Positions 37,917-48,209 of a stretch of 64,000 bases of DNA are shown here, piece by piece. The stretch covers positions 1,280,001 to 1,344,000 of the forward strand of contig CAVRVY010000004.1 of the NCBI GenBank assembly GCA_963724765.1, read 5' to 3'. Position 1 is the first letter of the stretch, and every line of letters begins with the position of its first letter. The position numbers and the translations under genes are program-made. The DNA comes from an uncultured delta proteobacterium. Lineage in GTDB: Bacteria; Desulfobacterota; Binatia; Binatales; Binataceae. Below the pieces are notes generated by a model, which worked only from the letters and a program-made list of their open reading frames with translations, had not been told where the DNA came from and did not search any database.

Positions 37917-40793
37917 ATGCGGCGAGAGAATTTTTTGAGCTTGCGATACCGAGTCTTTCGCGCACTCGCGCAGCTCAGCATCAAACGGCCCTACCTGGTG
38001 CTGCTCTGCGCGGTGGCGCTTTCGGTTGCCTCGGTGTTCTATACCAAGGCGCGCCTGGAGTTTCGTACCGGCCAGGACGATCTGATTACGCCCAACAGCC
38101 GCGCCTCGCGCGACTACCTCGACTACACCCGCGAGTTCCCCGACCTTGATGGCCTGATTATCGTCGTGCGCGCGGCCCCCAACCCCGCGCGCGCCGAGCA
38201 TTTCGCCGACGCGCTGGCCGCGCGGCTCAACGCCGATCACGCCAACGTCAAGACCGTCTTTTACAAGATCGACGCCGTGGCGTTCGCCGACCGCGCGATG
38301 CTCTACATGACGAGCGCCGATCTCGACGCGCTCGCGCAAAAGCTTCACGCCGCCTTTCCGATACTCGGCGGATGCGCGGCCGACCCGAGCCTCGCCGGCT
38401 TCTTCGCGATGGTCAATGCGGGAATCGACCGCCAGATGCGAGCGCAAATGCCCGCCCAAATGCAGGGCCAAATGCAGGATCGGATGCGCGCGGCCGGCCG
38501 CCCGTGGCGTCGCGCCGCCGCGGCCGCGGCCCATCCGAACGTGGCGTCCGGCGCGTCAGCCGATCCATCCACACTAGCCGCACTTGCCGCGCCTGCCGCG
38601 TTTGACATCGGCGCGATCGATACGGTGCTGGACGGGATGCTCGCCGACACCGGGAGCGCCAACTACGTCTCGCCCTGGCAATCGATGATGCAGGCGGGCG
38701 GGCAGGACAGTGCCCAGGGTCACGGCTATCTGGTCTCGGATAATGGCAAATACCTGCTGCTCCAGGTCGCGCCGGGCGACGGCGTCAAGGACGGCCCCGA
38801 TCCGACCGAGGCGATCGAGAGCGATCTGCGCGCGGTGCGCACCGCGTTTCCGGGCGTGACGGCCGGGATGACCGGCGGGCCGGCGCTGGCCCATGCCGAG
38901 GAAACCACCACCGCGCACGACATCGCACTCGCCTCGCTGATCGCGATCGGGAGCAACGTGCTGTTGCTGATCATCCCGTTCACCGCGGTGGTCGAGCCAT
39001 TGTTTGCGGTGCTGGCGCTGCTGGCCGGCGTGGCCTGGTCGTTCGGCTTCACCACGCTCGCGATCGGCCATCTCAACCTGCTCTCGGCGGTCTTCACCAG
39101 CGTGCTGGCGGGAATCGGGATCAACTTCCCAATCCATCTGATGGCGCGTTACGACGAGGCGCGCCGCCAGGGCGCAACCTCCGCGCAGGCGGTCGAACTC
39201 GCGGTCGTCAACACGGGCACGGGTGTGTTCGCCTCGGCCTGTATCATGGCGCTCGCCTTTCTGACCCCGGTATTCACCGACTTCCGTGGGATTGCGGAGC
39301 TCGGAATCGTCTCGGCCGCCGGACTGTTCCTGTGCCTGGTTTCGGCGCTGCTGGTTTTCCCCGCGCTGGTGGTGCTGCGCGATCGCTATCGCCCCACCCG
39401 CACCCGGCCGCAGCTTGCGCCGCAGACGCGCGCCTCGATCCTCGAAGCCGCCTTCCGCCGGCCGGGGTTGATTGTCGCGGGCGCGGTGGCGATCACTGCC
39501 GGCGCGCTGCTGCTGACCGGCCGTGTCAGCTTCGACCAGAACCTGCTCAAGCTGCAGGCCGAGCAGACCGAGGCGGTCAAGTTCGAGAACCTTCTGCTCA
39601 AGGATTCGGGGCGCTCGTCGTGGTTCGCGGTCTCGCTCGCGCCGTCGATGGAAGCGGGCGAGACGCGCGCGGCGGCCTTTCGCGGGCTGCCCGAGGTCTC
39701 CGACGTCGAAACCATCTCGACCTATGTCCCCGACGACCAGGCGGCCAAGCTCAAGACGCTGCACGCGCTGAGCGCGATGCTCGCGCCGATCAAGATGGCG
39801 CCGCTAAGCCATCCAGGCGACTCCGCCCGGCTCGCGCACGAGCTCGGCCAGTTGGCCGGCCGGCTGACGCAGATGGCGCCCGCCGACCCCTCGGGCGCGG
39901 CGGCTAAGACCGCATCCCTGGTGCAGGCCGCGCTGGACCGGCTCAAGCGCGACCCGACGGCGTTTGCGGGCTACGAGGCCAGCACCAATGCTGATCTCCG
40001 CGCGCGTCTTGGCGAACTCAAGCACGATCTCAAGCCCTCCGTGGTGACGGCCGCCGACCTGCCCAAGGTCGTGCGCGAACGTTTCATCGGAAAGAGCGGA
40101 CGCTTCCTGGTCCAGATCTATCCGCGCGGCGACGTGTGGGAGGACGCGGCGCTAAGCCGCTTCATCGGCGCGCTTAAGACCGTCGACGAGGACGTGACTG
40201 GGCCGCCGGTCCAGACCTACAACATCGCGACCGTGATGCGCCGCGGCTATGAGCATGCCGCCATGCTGGCGCTAATCGCGGTGTTCGTTTTCGTCTTCGC
40301 TGATTTCCGCAACCTGCGCGACACGGCGCTGGCCACCGTGCCGCTGTTGTTCGGCGGGGCCTGGATGCTCGAAGCGATGGGAGGGATGGGCTGGGGATTC
40401 AACCTGGCCAATCTGTTCGCGGTCCCGATCCTGATCGGCACCGGCGTCGATAACGGGGTCAACATGCTCTACCGCTGGCGCGAGGAACGCGACAAATCGC
40501 CGCTGATCCTGACCAAGGCGGTGGGCAAGTCGGTGACTATCTCTTCGCTCACCACGATCGCGGGCTTCGCTGCGTTGATTCCGGCCCAGCATCGCGGCAT
40601 ATCGAGCCTCGGCTGGGTGCTGAGCCTGGGCGTCACGCTGATCCTGGTCGCGACGCTGGTGGTGCTGCCCGCGATGTTCGAGCTGGTCGGACGGCGAATC
40701 GAAAGCCGCCGCGTCATGCCGCCGCCGTCGCTCGTGCCAGAAGAAGAGCCGCCGGCTCCGCCCAAGGCCGCTTCAGGCGGCCTACGCCGCTGA
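37917..40793 (+). CDS. MMPL/RND transporter, HpnN-like
   Basis: Two 1+5 TM repeats; GFTTLAIGHLNLLS, GIGINFPIH, DFRGIAELG, GTGVDNGV. Confidence 0.85.
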   Translation: MRRENFLSLRYRVFRALAQLSIKRPYLVLLCAVALSVASVFYTKARLEFRTGQDDLITPNSRASRDYLDYTREFPDLDGLIIVVRAAPNPARAEHFADALAARLNADHANVKTVFYKIDAVAFADRAMLYMTSADLDALAQKLHAAFPILGGCAADPSLAGFFAMVNAGIDRQMRAQMPAQMQGQMQDRMRAAGRPWRRAAAAAAHPNVASGASADPSTLAALAAPAAFDIGAIDTVLDGMLADTGSANYVSPWQSMMQAGGQDSAQGHGYLVSDNGKYLLLQVAPGDGVKDGPDPTEAIESDLRAVRTAFPGVTAGMTGGPALAHAEETTTAHDIALASLIAIGSNVLLLIIPFTAVVEPLFAVLALLAGVAWSFGFTTLAIGHLNLLSAVFTSVLAGIGINFPIHLMARYDEARRQGATSAQAVELAVVNTGTGVFASACIMALAFLTPVFTDFRGIAELGIVSAAGLFLCLVSALLVFPALVVLRDRYRPTRTRPQLAPQTRASILEAAFRRPGLIVAGAVAITAGALLLTGRVSFDQNLLKLQAEQTEAVKFENLLLKDSGRSSWFAVSLAPSMEAGETRAAAFRGLPEVSDVETISTYVPDDQAAKLKTLHALSAMLAPIKMAPLSHPGDSARLAHELGQLAGRLTQMAPADPSGAAAKTASLVQAALDRLKRDPTAFAGYEASTNADLRARLGELKHDLKPSVVTAADLPKVVRERFIGKSGRFLVQIYPRGDVWEDAALSRFIGALKTVDEDVTGPPVQTYNIATVMRRGYEHAAMLALIAVFVFVFADFRNLRDTALATVPLLFGGAWMLEAMGGMGWGFNLANLFAVPILIGTGVDNGVNMLYRWREERDKSPLILTKAVGKSVTISSLTTIAGFAALIPAQHRGISSLGWVLSLGVTLILVATLVVLPAMFELVGRRIESRRVMPPPSLVPEEEPPAPPKAASGGLRR

Positions 40794-40798
40794 CCGCG

Positions 40799-41131
40799 TT
40801 ACCCGGTAATCGGCTTTTCCGGCTCGGCCACGCAGTGCGCGCAGCGGCAGTTCGCACGTAATTGGACCGTGGTGTAGAGCGTCTCGTGACCGTCGATCCA
40901 TCCCAGGAACACGCCCTGCTCGCCCAGGCGCGATAGCTGTGACAGACGCTGGCTGGCGGGCGGTATCTCGCCCGCGATCGCGCCGCCGCAGGCCATGCAC
41001 GGGCATCCGCGGCGCAGGCTCTCCAGCGGATAGATACTGTCGTGGCCGTCGGCCCATCGCACGCCGATCGCATAGCGGCCCACTTCGTTGAGTGCGGCGA
41101 TTCGGGGCGTCTTTGACTTGTTCTGCGGCAT
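40799..41131 (-). CDS. DUF971 (GBBH N-terminal-like) protein with two CxCxxC repeats
   Basis: WADGHDSIY...LRRGCPCMAC and WIDGHETLY...LRANCRCAHC. Confidence 0.8.
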   Translation of the reverse strand: MPQNKSKTPRIAALNEVGRYAIGVRWADGHDSIYPLESLRRGCPCMACGGAIAGEIPPASQRLSQLSRLGEQGVFLGWIDGHETLYTTVQLRANCRCAHCVAEPEKPITG

Positions 41132-41225
41132 TGTTGCACTCTTTGTTGGAGAATAATTATAGCATTGCGCGCGTACCGCACTGCCACAAGGGCGCGGGCG
41201 GGCCGGCGATGGAGGACGAAAACCC

Positions 41226-41702
41226 ATGGACGAGAATGCAAAAAAGAAAGCGCTCCTGATGATCCCATACGGACTGTTCGTGCTCGGTGCGCGCCACGGC
41301 GACAAGCAGACCGTCGCGACCGTTAACTGGCTGACCCAGGCAAGCTTCAAACCGCCGCTGGTGGTGGTCGGTATCAAGGCCGACTCGACCGCGCATGCGC
41401 TGGTCAAGGAGTCCAAAATTTTCACCCTCTCGATGCTCGGTGCCGGCCAGAAATCGATCGGCACCGCGTTCTTCAAACACGTCGAGTCCAAGGACGGCAA
41501 GTTCGGCAACTTCGCCTTCGAGGCGGGCAAGAACGGCGCACCGATAATCAGCGAGGCGCCGGCCGCGGTCGAATGCAAGGTGGTCGGCTTCCACGAACTT
41601 GGCGACCATAGCGTGGTGATCGGCGAGGTCACCGAGGGCCATCTCAAGCGCGAGTCCGAACCGCTGACGCTGAAGGAGTGCGGCTTCAACTACGGCGGCT
41701 GA
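41226..41702 (+). CDS. Flavin reductase-like (flavoredoxin) protein
   Basis: IPYGLFV, WLTQASFKPP, NGAPI, ECKV, GDHSVVIGEV. Confidence 0.9.
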   Translation: MDENAKKKALLMIPYGLFVLGARHGDKQTVATVNWLTQASFKPPLVVVGIKADSTAHALVKESKIFTLSMLGAGQKSIGTAFFKHVESKDGKFGNFAFEAGKNGAPIISEAPAAVECKVVGFHELGDHSVVIGEVTEGHLKRESEPLTLKECGFNYGG

Positions 41703-41726
41703 TTCGCCCGCGCGCCGCAAGCGAAC

Positions 41727-42782
41727 GTGGCCAGCAAGAAGGTCGTGGTGCTGCCCGGCGACGACGCCGCGCCGGAGACGGTCGGGGCGGCGATGGAAGT
41801 CCTGCGGGCGCTGGGGCCGGATATCGAGTACGTCGAGTTCCCGCCCGGCGAGCACTGGGTGCGCGGCAAGACCGCGATCGACGCGCGCGCGGCGATCGAC
41901 GCCTCGGATTCCACGCTGTTCGGCTCGACTTCAGGCAAGACGGCGGGAATTTTCTACCTGCGCTGGGGCAAGGACACGTATGCCAACGTGCGGCCCGCGC
42001 GTTACATCCCGGGCGCGCGCAGTCCGCTCAAGCATGCCGAGGGCATCGACTACGTAATCGGGCGCGAGAACCTCGAGGATCTCTACCTCGGCCTGGAGGG
42101 ACCGCTCGAGGTTTTAAGCCCGCTCAAGCTGCACAGCCGCATCACGCGCGCCGCGTTGGATACCTCGATGCCCGGGAAGTTCGCGATCAAGATCATCACC
42201 GAGCGCAACAGCAAGCGGATCGCGGAGTTCGCGTTTAAGCTCGCACGCAAGCGCAAGGCGGCCGGCGGCAAGGGCAAGGTCACCGCCACCTCGAAGTACA
42301 ACATGCTGCGCGAATCCGACGAGTTGTTCCGCCGTATCGCGGAAGACATTTCGTCAGGCTATCCGGATATCGCGTACGAGCAGTTCATCATCGATGATTT
42401 CGCGCGCCGCGTGGTGCAGAGCCCGCACGATCTCGACGTGGTGGTGATGCCAAACCTTTACGGCGACATCATGTCGGACGCCGCCGCGGGCACGCTGGGC
42501 GGACTCGGCCTCGCGCCGAGCGGATGCTACGGCAGCGACTACGCCTACTTCGAGTCGGTGCACGGAACCGCGCCCGATATCGTGGGACAAAACATCATCA
42601 ACCCGACCGCCACGATGCTCTCGGCCGCGATGATGCTGGAGTACCTCGGTTTCGGCGCGCAAGCGCAGCGCTTCGAGAGCGCCGTGCGCAAGGTCTACGC
42701 CGAGGGCCGCGTGCTCACGCCCGACCAGGGCGGACGCTCGAGCACGACGGAGTTCACGCGTGCGGTGATGGCGAATCTGTAG
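41727..42782 (+). CDS. Isocitrate/isopropylmalate-family beta-decarboxylating dehydrogenase, substrate uncertain
   Basis: LPGDD..PE, YANVRP, RENLEDLY, NLYGDIMSD, ESVHGTAPDI, NPTA. Confidence 0.88.
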   Translation: MASKKVVVLPGDDAAPETVGAAMEVLRALGPDIEYVEFPPGEHWVRGKTAIDARAAIDASDSTLFGSTSGKTAGIFYLRWGKDTYANVRPARYIPGARSPLKHAEGIDYVIGRENLEDLYLGLEGPLEVLSPLKLHSRITRAALDTSMPGKFAIKIITERNSKRIAEFAFKLARKRKAAGGKGKVTATSKYNMLRESDELFRRIAEDISSGYPDIAYEQFIIDDFARRVVQSPHDLDVVVMPNLYGDIMSDAAAGTLGGLGLAPSGCYGSDYAYFESVHGTAPDIVGQNIINPTATMLSAAMMLEYLGFGAQAQRFESAVRKVYAEGRVLTPDQGGRSSTTEFTRAVMANL

Positions 42783-42900
42783 CGGCGCACTATGGCCTTA
42801 CCGTCTTGGCCTCTGGGGTTATCTTCAGGAGAAAAGCGCTTCGCTGATTTTCCGAATAGAATTCACGAACTCTCAGCGTGACCTAAGAGGCCGAAACATC

Positions 42901-43821
42901 TCAATAGAAACGCTGCTCGCCGGGCGGGCGGGTTTTCCATCGCCGATGGATCCAGTTCCAGTGGTCCGGATAACGACGCACCATGTCCTCGATCGTCCTG
43001 GTGTAGCGCTGCGTATTGAGCAGGACTGACTCTTCGCGATCGGCGCCACAGATCATTTCGATCGGCTCCATGCATTCGATAAAGTGACGGCTGCTGGTGC
43101 CGTCGCGCACGGCAAAGACCGGCACCACCGGCACGCCGGTCGCTAGCGCAAGCCGCGCCAGCCCGTCGCTGGTCGAGGCCTTGAGCGAGAAGAAATCAAC
43201 GAACACGCCCTTGCGCACGTCGAGGTCGAGCGGCATCCCCACAATCCAGTTCTGCCGGAGCAGGCGCAGCACTTCGCGTCCAGCGCCCTTGCGCGGTACG
43301 CCGCGGTTACCGAAACGGTTGCGCGCCGTGCATACGGCGGCGTCGATGAGCGGATTGCGCAGCGGGCGATGAACGATCGCCACGCGATGGCCGTAAATCG
43401 AGTGCGCCAGAATCATCAGCTCCCAGTTGCCGAAATGGCCGGTCAGGATAAGGCCGCCGCGCCCGCGCGACAGTTCCTCGCCCCGCTTCCAGTTCTCCAT
43501 CCCGCGATAGGTGGCGAACCGCTCTATATTGTCGGGCCCGAGAGTGCAAAAGTGCGTCCATTCGGCGAGCATCCGGCCCCAGTTCTCATAGGTGGCGCGC
43601 AGGATTCGCAACCGATCGGCCCGGCTTAGCCCGGGAAAAGCGATCTCCAGGTTGCGCATCGCCACCGGCCGGTTGAAGCGATCAATCCGCATCGCGAGTG
43701 CGCCCGCGCGCGCGCCCGCGCGTATGGCGCGCTCGCGCTCCATCGCGGCGATCGGCGCGACGAGCGCGCCGATCGCCGCATACTCCAAACGCGCGCGCAG
43801 CGGACCAGTCTGACGAGCCAT
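42901..43821 (-). CDS. Lipid A late acyltransferase (LpxL/HtrB family)
   Basis: TGHFGNWE, NLEIAFP, YPDHWNWIHRRWK. Confidence 0.9.
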   Translation of the reverse strand: MARQTGPLRARLEYAAIGALVAPIAAMERERAIRAGARAGALAMRIDRFNRPVAMRNLEIAFPGLSRADRLRILRATYENWGRMLAEWTHFCTLGPDNIERFATYRGMENWKRGEELSRGRGGLILTGHFGNWELMILAHSIYGHRVAIVHRPLRNPLIDAAVCTARNRFGNRGVPRKGAGREVLRLLRQNWIVGMPLDLDVRKGVFVDFFSLKASTSDGLARLALATGVPVVPVFAVRDGTSSRHFIECMEPIEMICGADREESVLLNTQRYTRTIEDMVRRYPDHWNWIHRRWKTRPPGEQRFY

Positions 43822-43832
43822 CGCGCCCACGA

Positions 43833-43884
43833 GCGTTCCAGAGCGGGGGCGGGCGCGCAAGCGCCCACTCCCGCTCTGGAACGC
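43833..43884. repeat. 52-bp long hairpin just upstream of the acyltransferase start
   Basis: GCGTTCCAGAGCGGG...GGGCGC-GCAA-GCGCCC...CCCGCTCTGGAACGC. Confidence 0.8.
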
Positions 43885-44053
43885 GTCGCGGAGACACCGC
43901 CTCAAGGCGGCGTATCCGCGCAAAGACGGGTGGTGCGGGCGGCGCTTACGCCGCCCGCTCCCACCCGATGTCTCAGCCGCGCGCGCCGGCAAGGCACGCG
44001 CGGACTCCACAAGCCGCGGCGCCGCTCACGCGGTGCCGCGGCGCTGCGCAGGC

Positions 44054-46690
44054 CTATGGTGCATCGGCGGCACCGGCCGCCGCTGGTGCGGCGGCGATCG
44101 CGGCCGAAGGTGCAGCCGGCAACGTCGACCCGATGGTCGACGGCGAGGCGGTCGCCGGCGATGACGGCGGCGCCGTCATCCATGGGGCGGGCTTGACCGC
44201 GCCTCGGCTGGTCGTCGGTCCGATCTCTTCGGTGTTAAACGGCGTAGAGGACGAGGGCGCCGGCGCCGTCATGCTCGATGACGAAGACCCAAAGCCGCCG
44301 CCGAAGCCGCCGCCACTGGACGGCAGCCTCGTCGAGCCGCGGTCTTTCAGATCCTGAGCGGGCGAGACCGGCACGCTGAAGGTCGGCTGATAAAGCTGCT
44401 TGTACTGATCCATCGGCATCTGGTGCATCTCCCTGCGGCCCAGCGCGTCGGTGAACTTCTGGCGCTCGTCGAGCGCCAGCGAGCGCAGGTCTTCACGCGT
44501 GCGCACCACGTGTGGAGTGAGAAACACCAGCAGGTTATCTTTCTGCTTGTTGCTGCCGTTGTCGCTGAACAGGTTGCCGATCACCGGGATGTCCGAGATG
44601 AACGGGATCGCCGAGCGCTGGATGTCGGTCTCGCTGGACAGCAATCCGCCGATTACCGCCGTACGATGGTCCTGGACCATCACCGTGGTCGACGCCGAGC
44701 GGATGGTGGTGGTCGGTCCGAGCGGATTGCTGCTCTGGTTGGTGGTACCGCTGACTACGTTTGAGACTTCCTCGTACACGTCGAGCCGCACGTAATCGCC
44801 CTCAGACACCTGGGGGATAATGTCGAGCGTGATGCCGACGTTCTGACGATCGACTGAATTGAAGATCTGTCCCGACAGCGCCGAGGTGGCGCTCGCGGAT
44901 CCCACGAATGGCAGGTTCTCGCCGACCACGATCGTCGCCTCTTCGTTGTCCGCGGTGAGCAAAGTGGGCGCGGAAAGGACGTTGCTATGGGTATCAGTCT
45001 CAAGCGCGGTCAGCAGCGCGACATCGCAGGGCACTGTGGTGGTGGTTGCAGTGGTGCCGGTGGCGGCGGTGGCGACGGTCGACGCGGCGGCCAAAGCGGT
45101 GGAGACGGTACATTGGCTGCCCGAGGCCAACCCGATACTCAGCCCGGTCAACCCCAGCGGATTGGTGAGCGCGGTCTGAAGGTTGCCATAATTCAGTTGT
45201 CCGACACCGAGCGTGCTGCCGCTGATGTTGGTGGCCGCCTGCCAGTTGACCCCGATGTCGCGGGCGCGCTGGGCGCTGACCTCGACCATGATCGCCTGCA
45301 CGAAGACCTGGATGCGCGGCACGTCGAGTTCCGCGATGACGCGGCGGAGCGTCTGGTAGTCCTGCGGTGAGGCGCTGATTATGAGCGAGTTGGTGGCCGG
45401 ATCGGCGGTCACGTTGACCGCGTTTTCGAAGTCTGGTGATTTCCCGCCGCCGCCAGTGCTCGCGGTGACCGCTTCAGCCGTGCTGCCGCCGCTCCGACCG
45501 CCCATCGGCGATCCCATCGAACCGCCGAACGCGGAGTTGGAACCGGCGCCGCCAAACGACGCGCTCGAGCCGCCGAAACCGCCGCTCATACCGCCGCCGA
45601 AGCCGCCGCTCGAGCCGCCGAAACCGCCGCTCATACCGCCGCCGAAGCCGGAGTTGAGCGATCCGCTGCTCCCCATGCCGCCCGAGCCGCCGCGGCCGAG
45701 CGAGTTGCGCCCGGTCACCGGTGACAGTGTTGACGGCGCGCCGCCGCCGCCCAACAGCCCGTTGAGCACCTGAACTATCTCGCCCGCCATCGCGTTCTTC
45801 AGCCGGTACACATGGATGCGCGAGTTCTCGTTGGGCGGATGCACATCGAGCTTGACGATCAGATCTTTGATGGTGCGCATCTGCAGCGGTCCCGCCAGCA
45901 CGATCAACGAGTTGGTGCGCTCGTCGGGCACCACCTTGAAACCGCCGGTCGGCCCCTGCGCCGACGGCGCCACCACGCCCAGGCCGGGCCGCGGAAAGCG
46001 TCCGCTGCTGGATTCCGTGCCGCCTTCAGCGCTCATAATCTTTTCGATCTGCGAGGCCAGGTCGTCGGCGAACGCGAGCTGAAGCGGAATGACCTCTATA
46101 TTCTGCCGCGTACCCTGGATGTCGAGGCTGCCGACGATCCTGAGCAGACGGTCGATGTTGTAGGCGTCGTCGGTCAGGATGAGGGTGTTGTCTTCCGGAA
46201 ATGCTGCGACCAGGCCGTCATGCGAAACCATCGGCTGCACCACGCCGACCAGCGAAGCGGCATCGATGTTCTTGAGCCTGATCATCCGCGTGACGTACGA
46301 GTCGCCGCGGGCTTCGCCGGGTTCCTGCGAAGTGGTAAGCGCGGCCGACTCGCGGACTTCGCGCGAAGGCACAATTTTTATCACCGGCCCGGCCTGCACC
46401 GTGGTGAAGCCTTTGAGCTGGAGCACCGACTGAAAAATGGAATAGGCCTGGGCCGGTGTGACCTTGCTCGGCGAAATGATGCTGACCTTGCCGCGCACGC
46501 TCTCGTCGACCACGAAATTCTTGCCGGTAATCTCGCTGATGAACTTGGCCAGGACGGGAATATCCACATCCTGGAAGTTCATGGTGATGAGATTCTGGTC
46601 CTGCGGCGGTGAATCTTCGGCCCGAACATGCGCGCAGAGCACGCAAGACCAAGCCGCAAGGGCTAGTGCCCCCAACAACCAGCACTTCAT
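44054..46690 (-). CDS. gspD: Type II secretion secretin GspD with Gly/Ser-rich insertion
   Basis: MNFQDVDI...TGKNFVVD..VRGKVSI N0 domain; DERTNSLIV and DPATNSLII; LSAP.LLT.DNEEA.I.VG; IP.I..LF; LLVFLTPHVV. Confidence 0.93.
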   Translation of the reverse strand: MKCWLLGALALAAWSCVLCAHVRAEDSPPQDQNLITMNFQDVDIPVLAKFISEITGKNFVVDESVRGKVSIISPSKVTPAQAYSIFQSVLQLKGFTTVQAGPVIKIVPSREVRESAALTTSQEPGEARGDSYVTRMIRLKNIDAASLVGVVQPMVSHDGLVAAFPEDNTLILTDDAYNIDRLLRIVGSLDIQGTRQNIEVIPLQLAFADDLASQIEKIMSAEGGTESSSGRFPRPGLGVVAPSAQGPTGGFKVVPDERTNSLIVLAGPLQMRTIKDLIVKLDVHPPNENSRIHVYRLKNAMAGEIVQVLNGLLGGGGAPSTLSPVTGRNSLGRGGSGGMGSSGSLNSGFGGGMSGGFGGSSGGFGGGMSGGFGGSSASFGGAGSNSAFGGSMGSPMGGRSGGSTAEAVTASTGGGGKSPDFENAVNVTADPATNSLIISASPQDYQTLRRVIAELDVPRIQVFVQAIMVEVSAQRARDIGVNWQAATNISGSTLGVGQLNYGNLQTALTNPLGLTGLSIGLASGSQCTVSTALAAASTVATAATGTTATTTTVPCDVALLTALETDTHSNVLSAPTLLTADNEEATIVVGENLPFVGSASATSALSGQIFNSVDRQNVGITLDIIPQVSEGDYVRLDVYEEVSNVVSGTTNQSSNPLGPTTTIRSASTTVMVQDHRTAVIGGLLSSETDIQRSAIPFISDIPVIGNLFSDNGSNKQKDNLLVFLTPHVVRTREDLRSLALDERQKFTDALGRREMHQMPMDQYKQLYQPTFSVPVSPAQDLKDRGSTRLPSSGGGFGGGFGSSSSSMTAPAPSSSTPFNTEEIGPTTSRGAVKPAPWMTAPPSSPATASPSTIGSTLPAAPSAAIAAAPAAAGAADAP
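45563..45650. repeat. 45-nt tandem duplication within gspD (GFGGGMSGGFGGSS x2)
   Basis: GCTCGAGCCGCCGAAACCGCCGCTCATACCGCCGCCGAAGCCG at 45563 and 45608. Confidence 0.9.
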
Positions 46691-46928
46691 GTGGATACCC
46701 CCTCGGCGGTGACTCTCGGCCTTTATAGCGGTCCGACAAGGGCATCGCAACCACGCCCCCGTTTGCAAAACTGTTAAGCCTCAAAGACTATTGAAAAGAT
46801 GGAATTCTCACCGATTTGCATAACCCTCTTCACATGACGATCAGCAACGGCAGCTCGGCCACAACGCCTGTCGTCTGGCGCGCGCCCCGGCGGCTGCCGC
46901 GCGCTAACCTCTCCATATACGGGCAACG

Positions 46929-48209
46929 GTGCGCTTCGAATACCTGATAGGCATGCGCTACCTGCGCGCCCGCCGGCGCGAGCGCTTCGTCTCGCTGATC
47001 GCGATCATCTCGCTCGCCGGCGTGGCGCTCGGCACTTTTGCGCTGACCGTGGTGCTCTCGGTGATGAGCGGTTTTCAGGAAGACCTGCGCCAGCGCCTCC
47101 TCGCTTTCAACCCGCACGTCACGGTGCAAAGTTCCAACGCCGTGACGTTTGATCCAGCGCCGCTGCTGGGGCGGATCACCGCGCTCCCCGGAGTCGAGGC
47201 GGCCGCGCCCTATGTTTCCTCGCAAGTGATGGCGGTTTCGACCAACGCCGAGGGAGTGCCGGCCTACGTGGCGGGCGGCGTGCTGCGCGGAGTGGTGGCG
47301 GCGAACAACCCGGTGCTGACCGAACTCAAGGAGACGCTGAAGGTGGGCGGCCTCGACGCGCTGGATCGGACCTATTCGGCCACCGTCACCGATAACGGCG
47401 CCAAACGCAGCGTAAAGCTTCCCGGTGCGATCATCGGCGACTCGCTCGCCTTTGAGCTGGGAATCCGCGTGGGCGAACCGATGGTCCTGATCTCGCCCGC
47501 CAGCCTGGGCGGCGGAATCGGCGCTCCGCGCCTTCGGCGCTTCGTTGTCGGCGGGATGTTTCATTCGGGAATGTACCAGTTCGACTCCTCGCTGATCTTC
47601 GTTTCGCTCAAAGACGCCCGCGCCTTGCTCGCCGACGATCCGCAGCTCGAAAGCGGCCTGGAGGTGCGCGTGCACAACCTGTTCGACGCGCCCGCGATCG
47701 GCGCCCGCATCGGACGCATCGCCGGCACCGGCTTCACGGTGACTGACTGGACGCAGCCCAACGCGGCGTTGTTCTCGGCGCTCAAACTGGAGAAGTTCAC
47801 CTACTTCCTGGTGCTGATGCTGATCGTGCTGGTGGCGGCGTTCAATATCGTGGCCACGCTTGTGATGGTGGTGATGGAGCGGCGCAAGGAGATCGCGATT
47901 CTGCGCGCGATGGGCGCGCGGGCCGGCTCGGTCGCGGCAATTTTTCTGTGTGAGGGCGCCGCGCTGGGCCTCGTCGGCACCGCCACCGGCGTGCTGGGCG
48001 GCTTCGTGACTTCGTTCCTCATCGGCAAGTATCATCTGATCCATTTGCCGCCCGATATGTTCATGGTAAGCGCGGTGCCGGTGCGCCTGTACCCGGTAAA
48101 CTTCCTCGCGGTGGCGGCGGCGGCCGTGGTGCTTTGCCTGGGCGCGTCGCTTTACCCCGCTTTCAAGGCGCGCACACTCTCACCGGTCGAGATCATCCGC
48201 TATGAATGA
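46929..48209 (+). CDS. Lipoprotein-releasing ABC permease (LolC/E-type)
   Basis: RYLRA, VLSVMSGF, VAAFNI, EIAILRAMGA, EIIRYE. Confidence 0.93.
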   Translation: MRFEYLIGMRYLRARRRERFVSLIAIISLAGVALGTFALTVVLSVMSGFQEDLRQRLLAFNPHVTVQSSNAVTFDPAPLLGRITALPGVEAAAPYVSSQVMAVSTNAEGVPAYVAGGVLRGVVAANNPVLTELKETLKVGGLDALDRTYSATVTDNGAKRSVKLPGAIIGDSLAFELGIRVGEPMVLISPASLGGGIGAPRLRRFVVGGMFHSGMYQFDSSLIFVSLKDARALLADDPQLESGLEVRVHNLFDAPAIGARIGRIAGTGFTVTDWTQPNAALFSALKLEKFTYFLVLMLIVLVAAFNIVATLVMVVMERRKEIAILRAMGARAGSVAAIFLCEGAALGLVGTATGVLGGFVTSFLIGKYHLIHLPPDMFMVSAVPVRLYPVNFLAVAAAAVVLCLGASLYPAFKARTLSPVEIIRYE

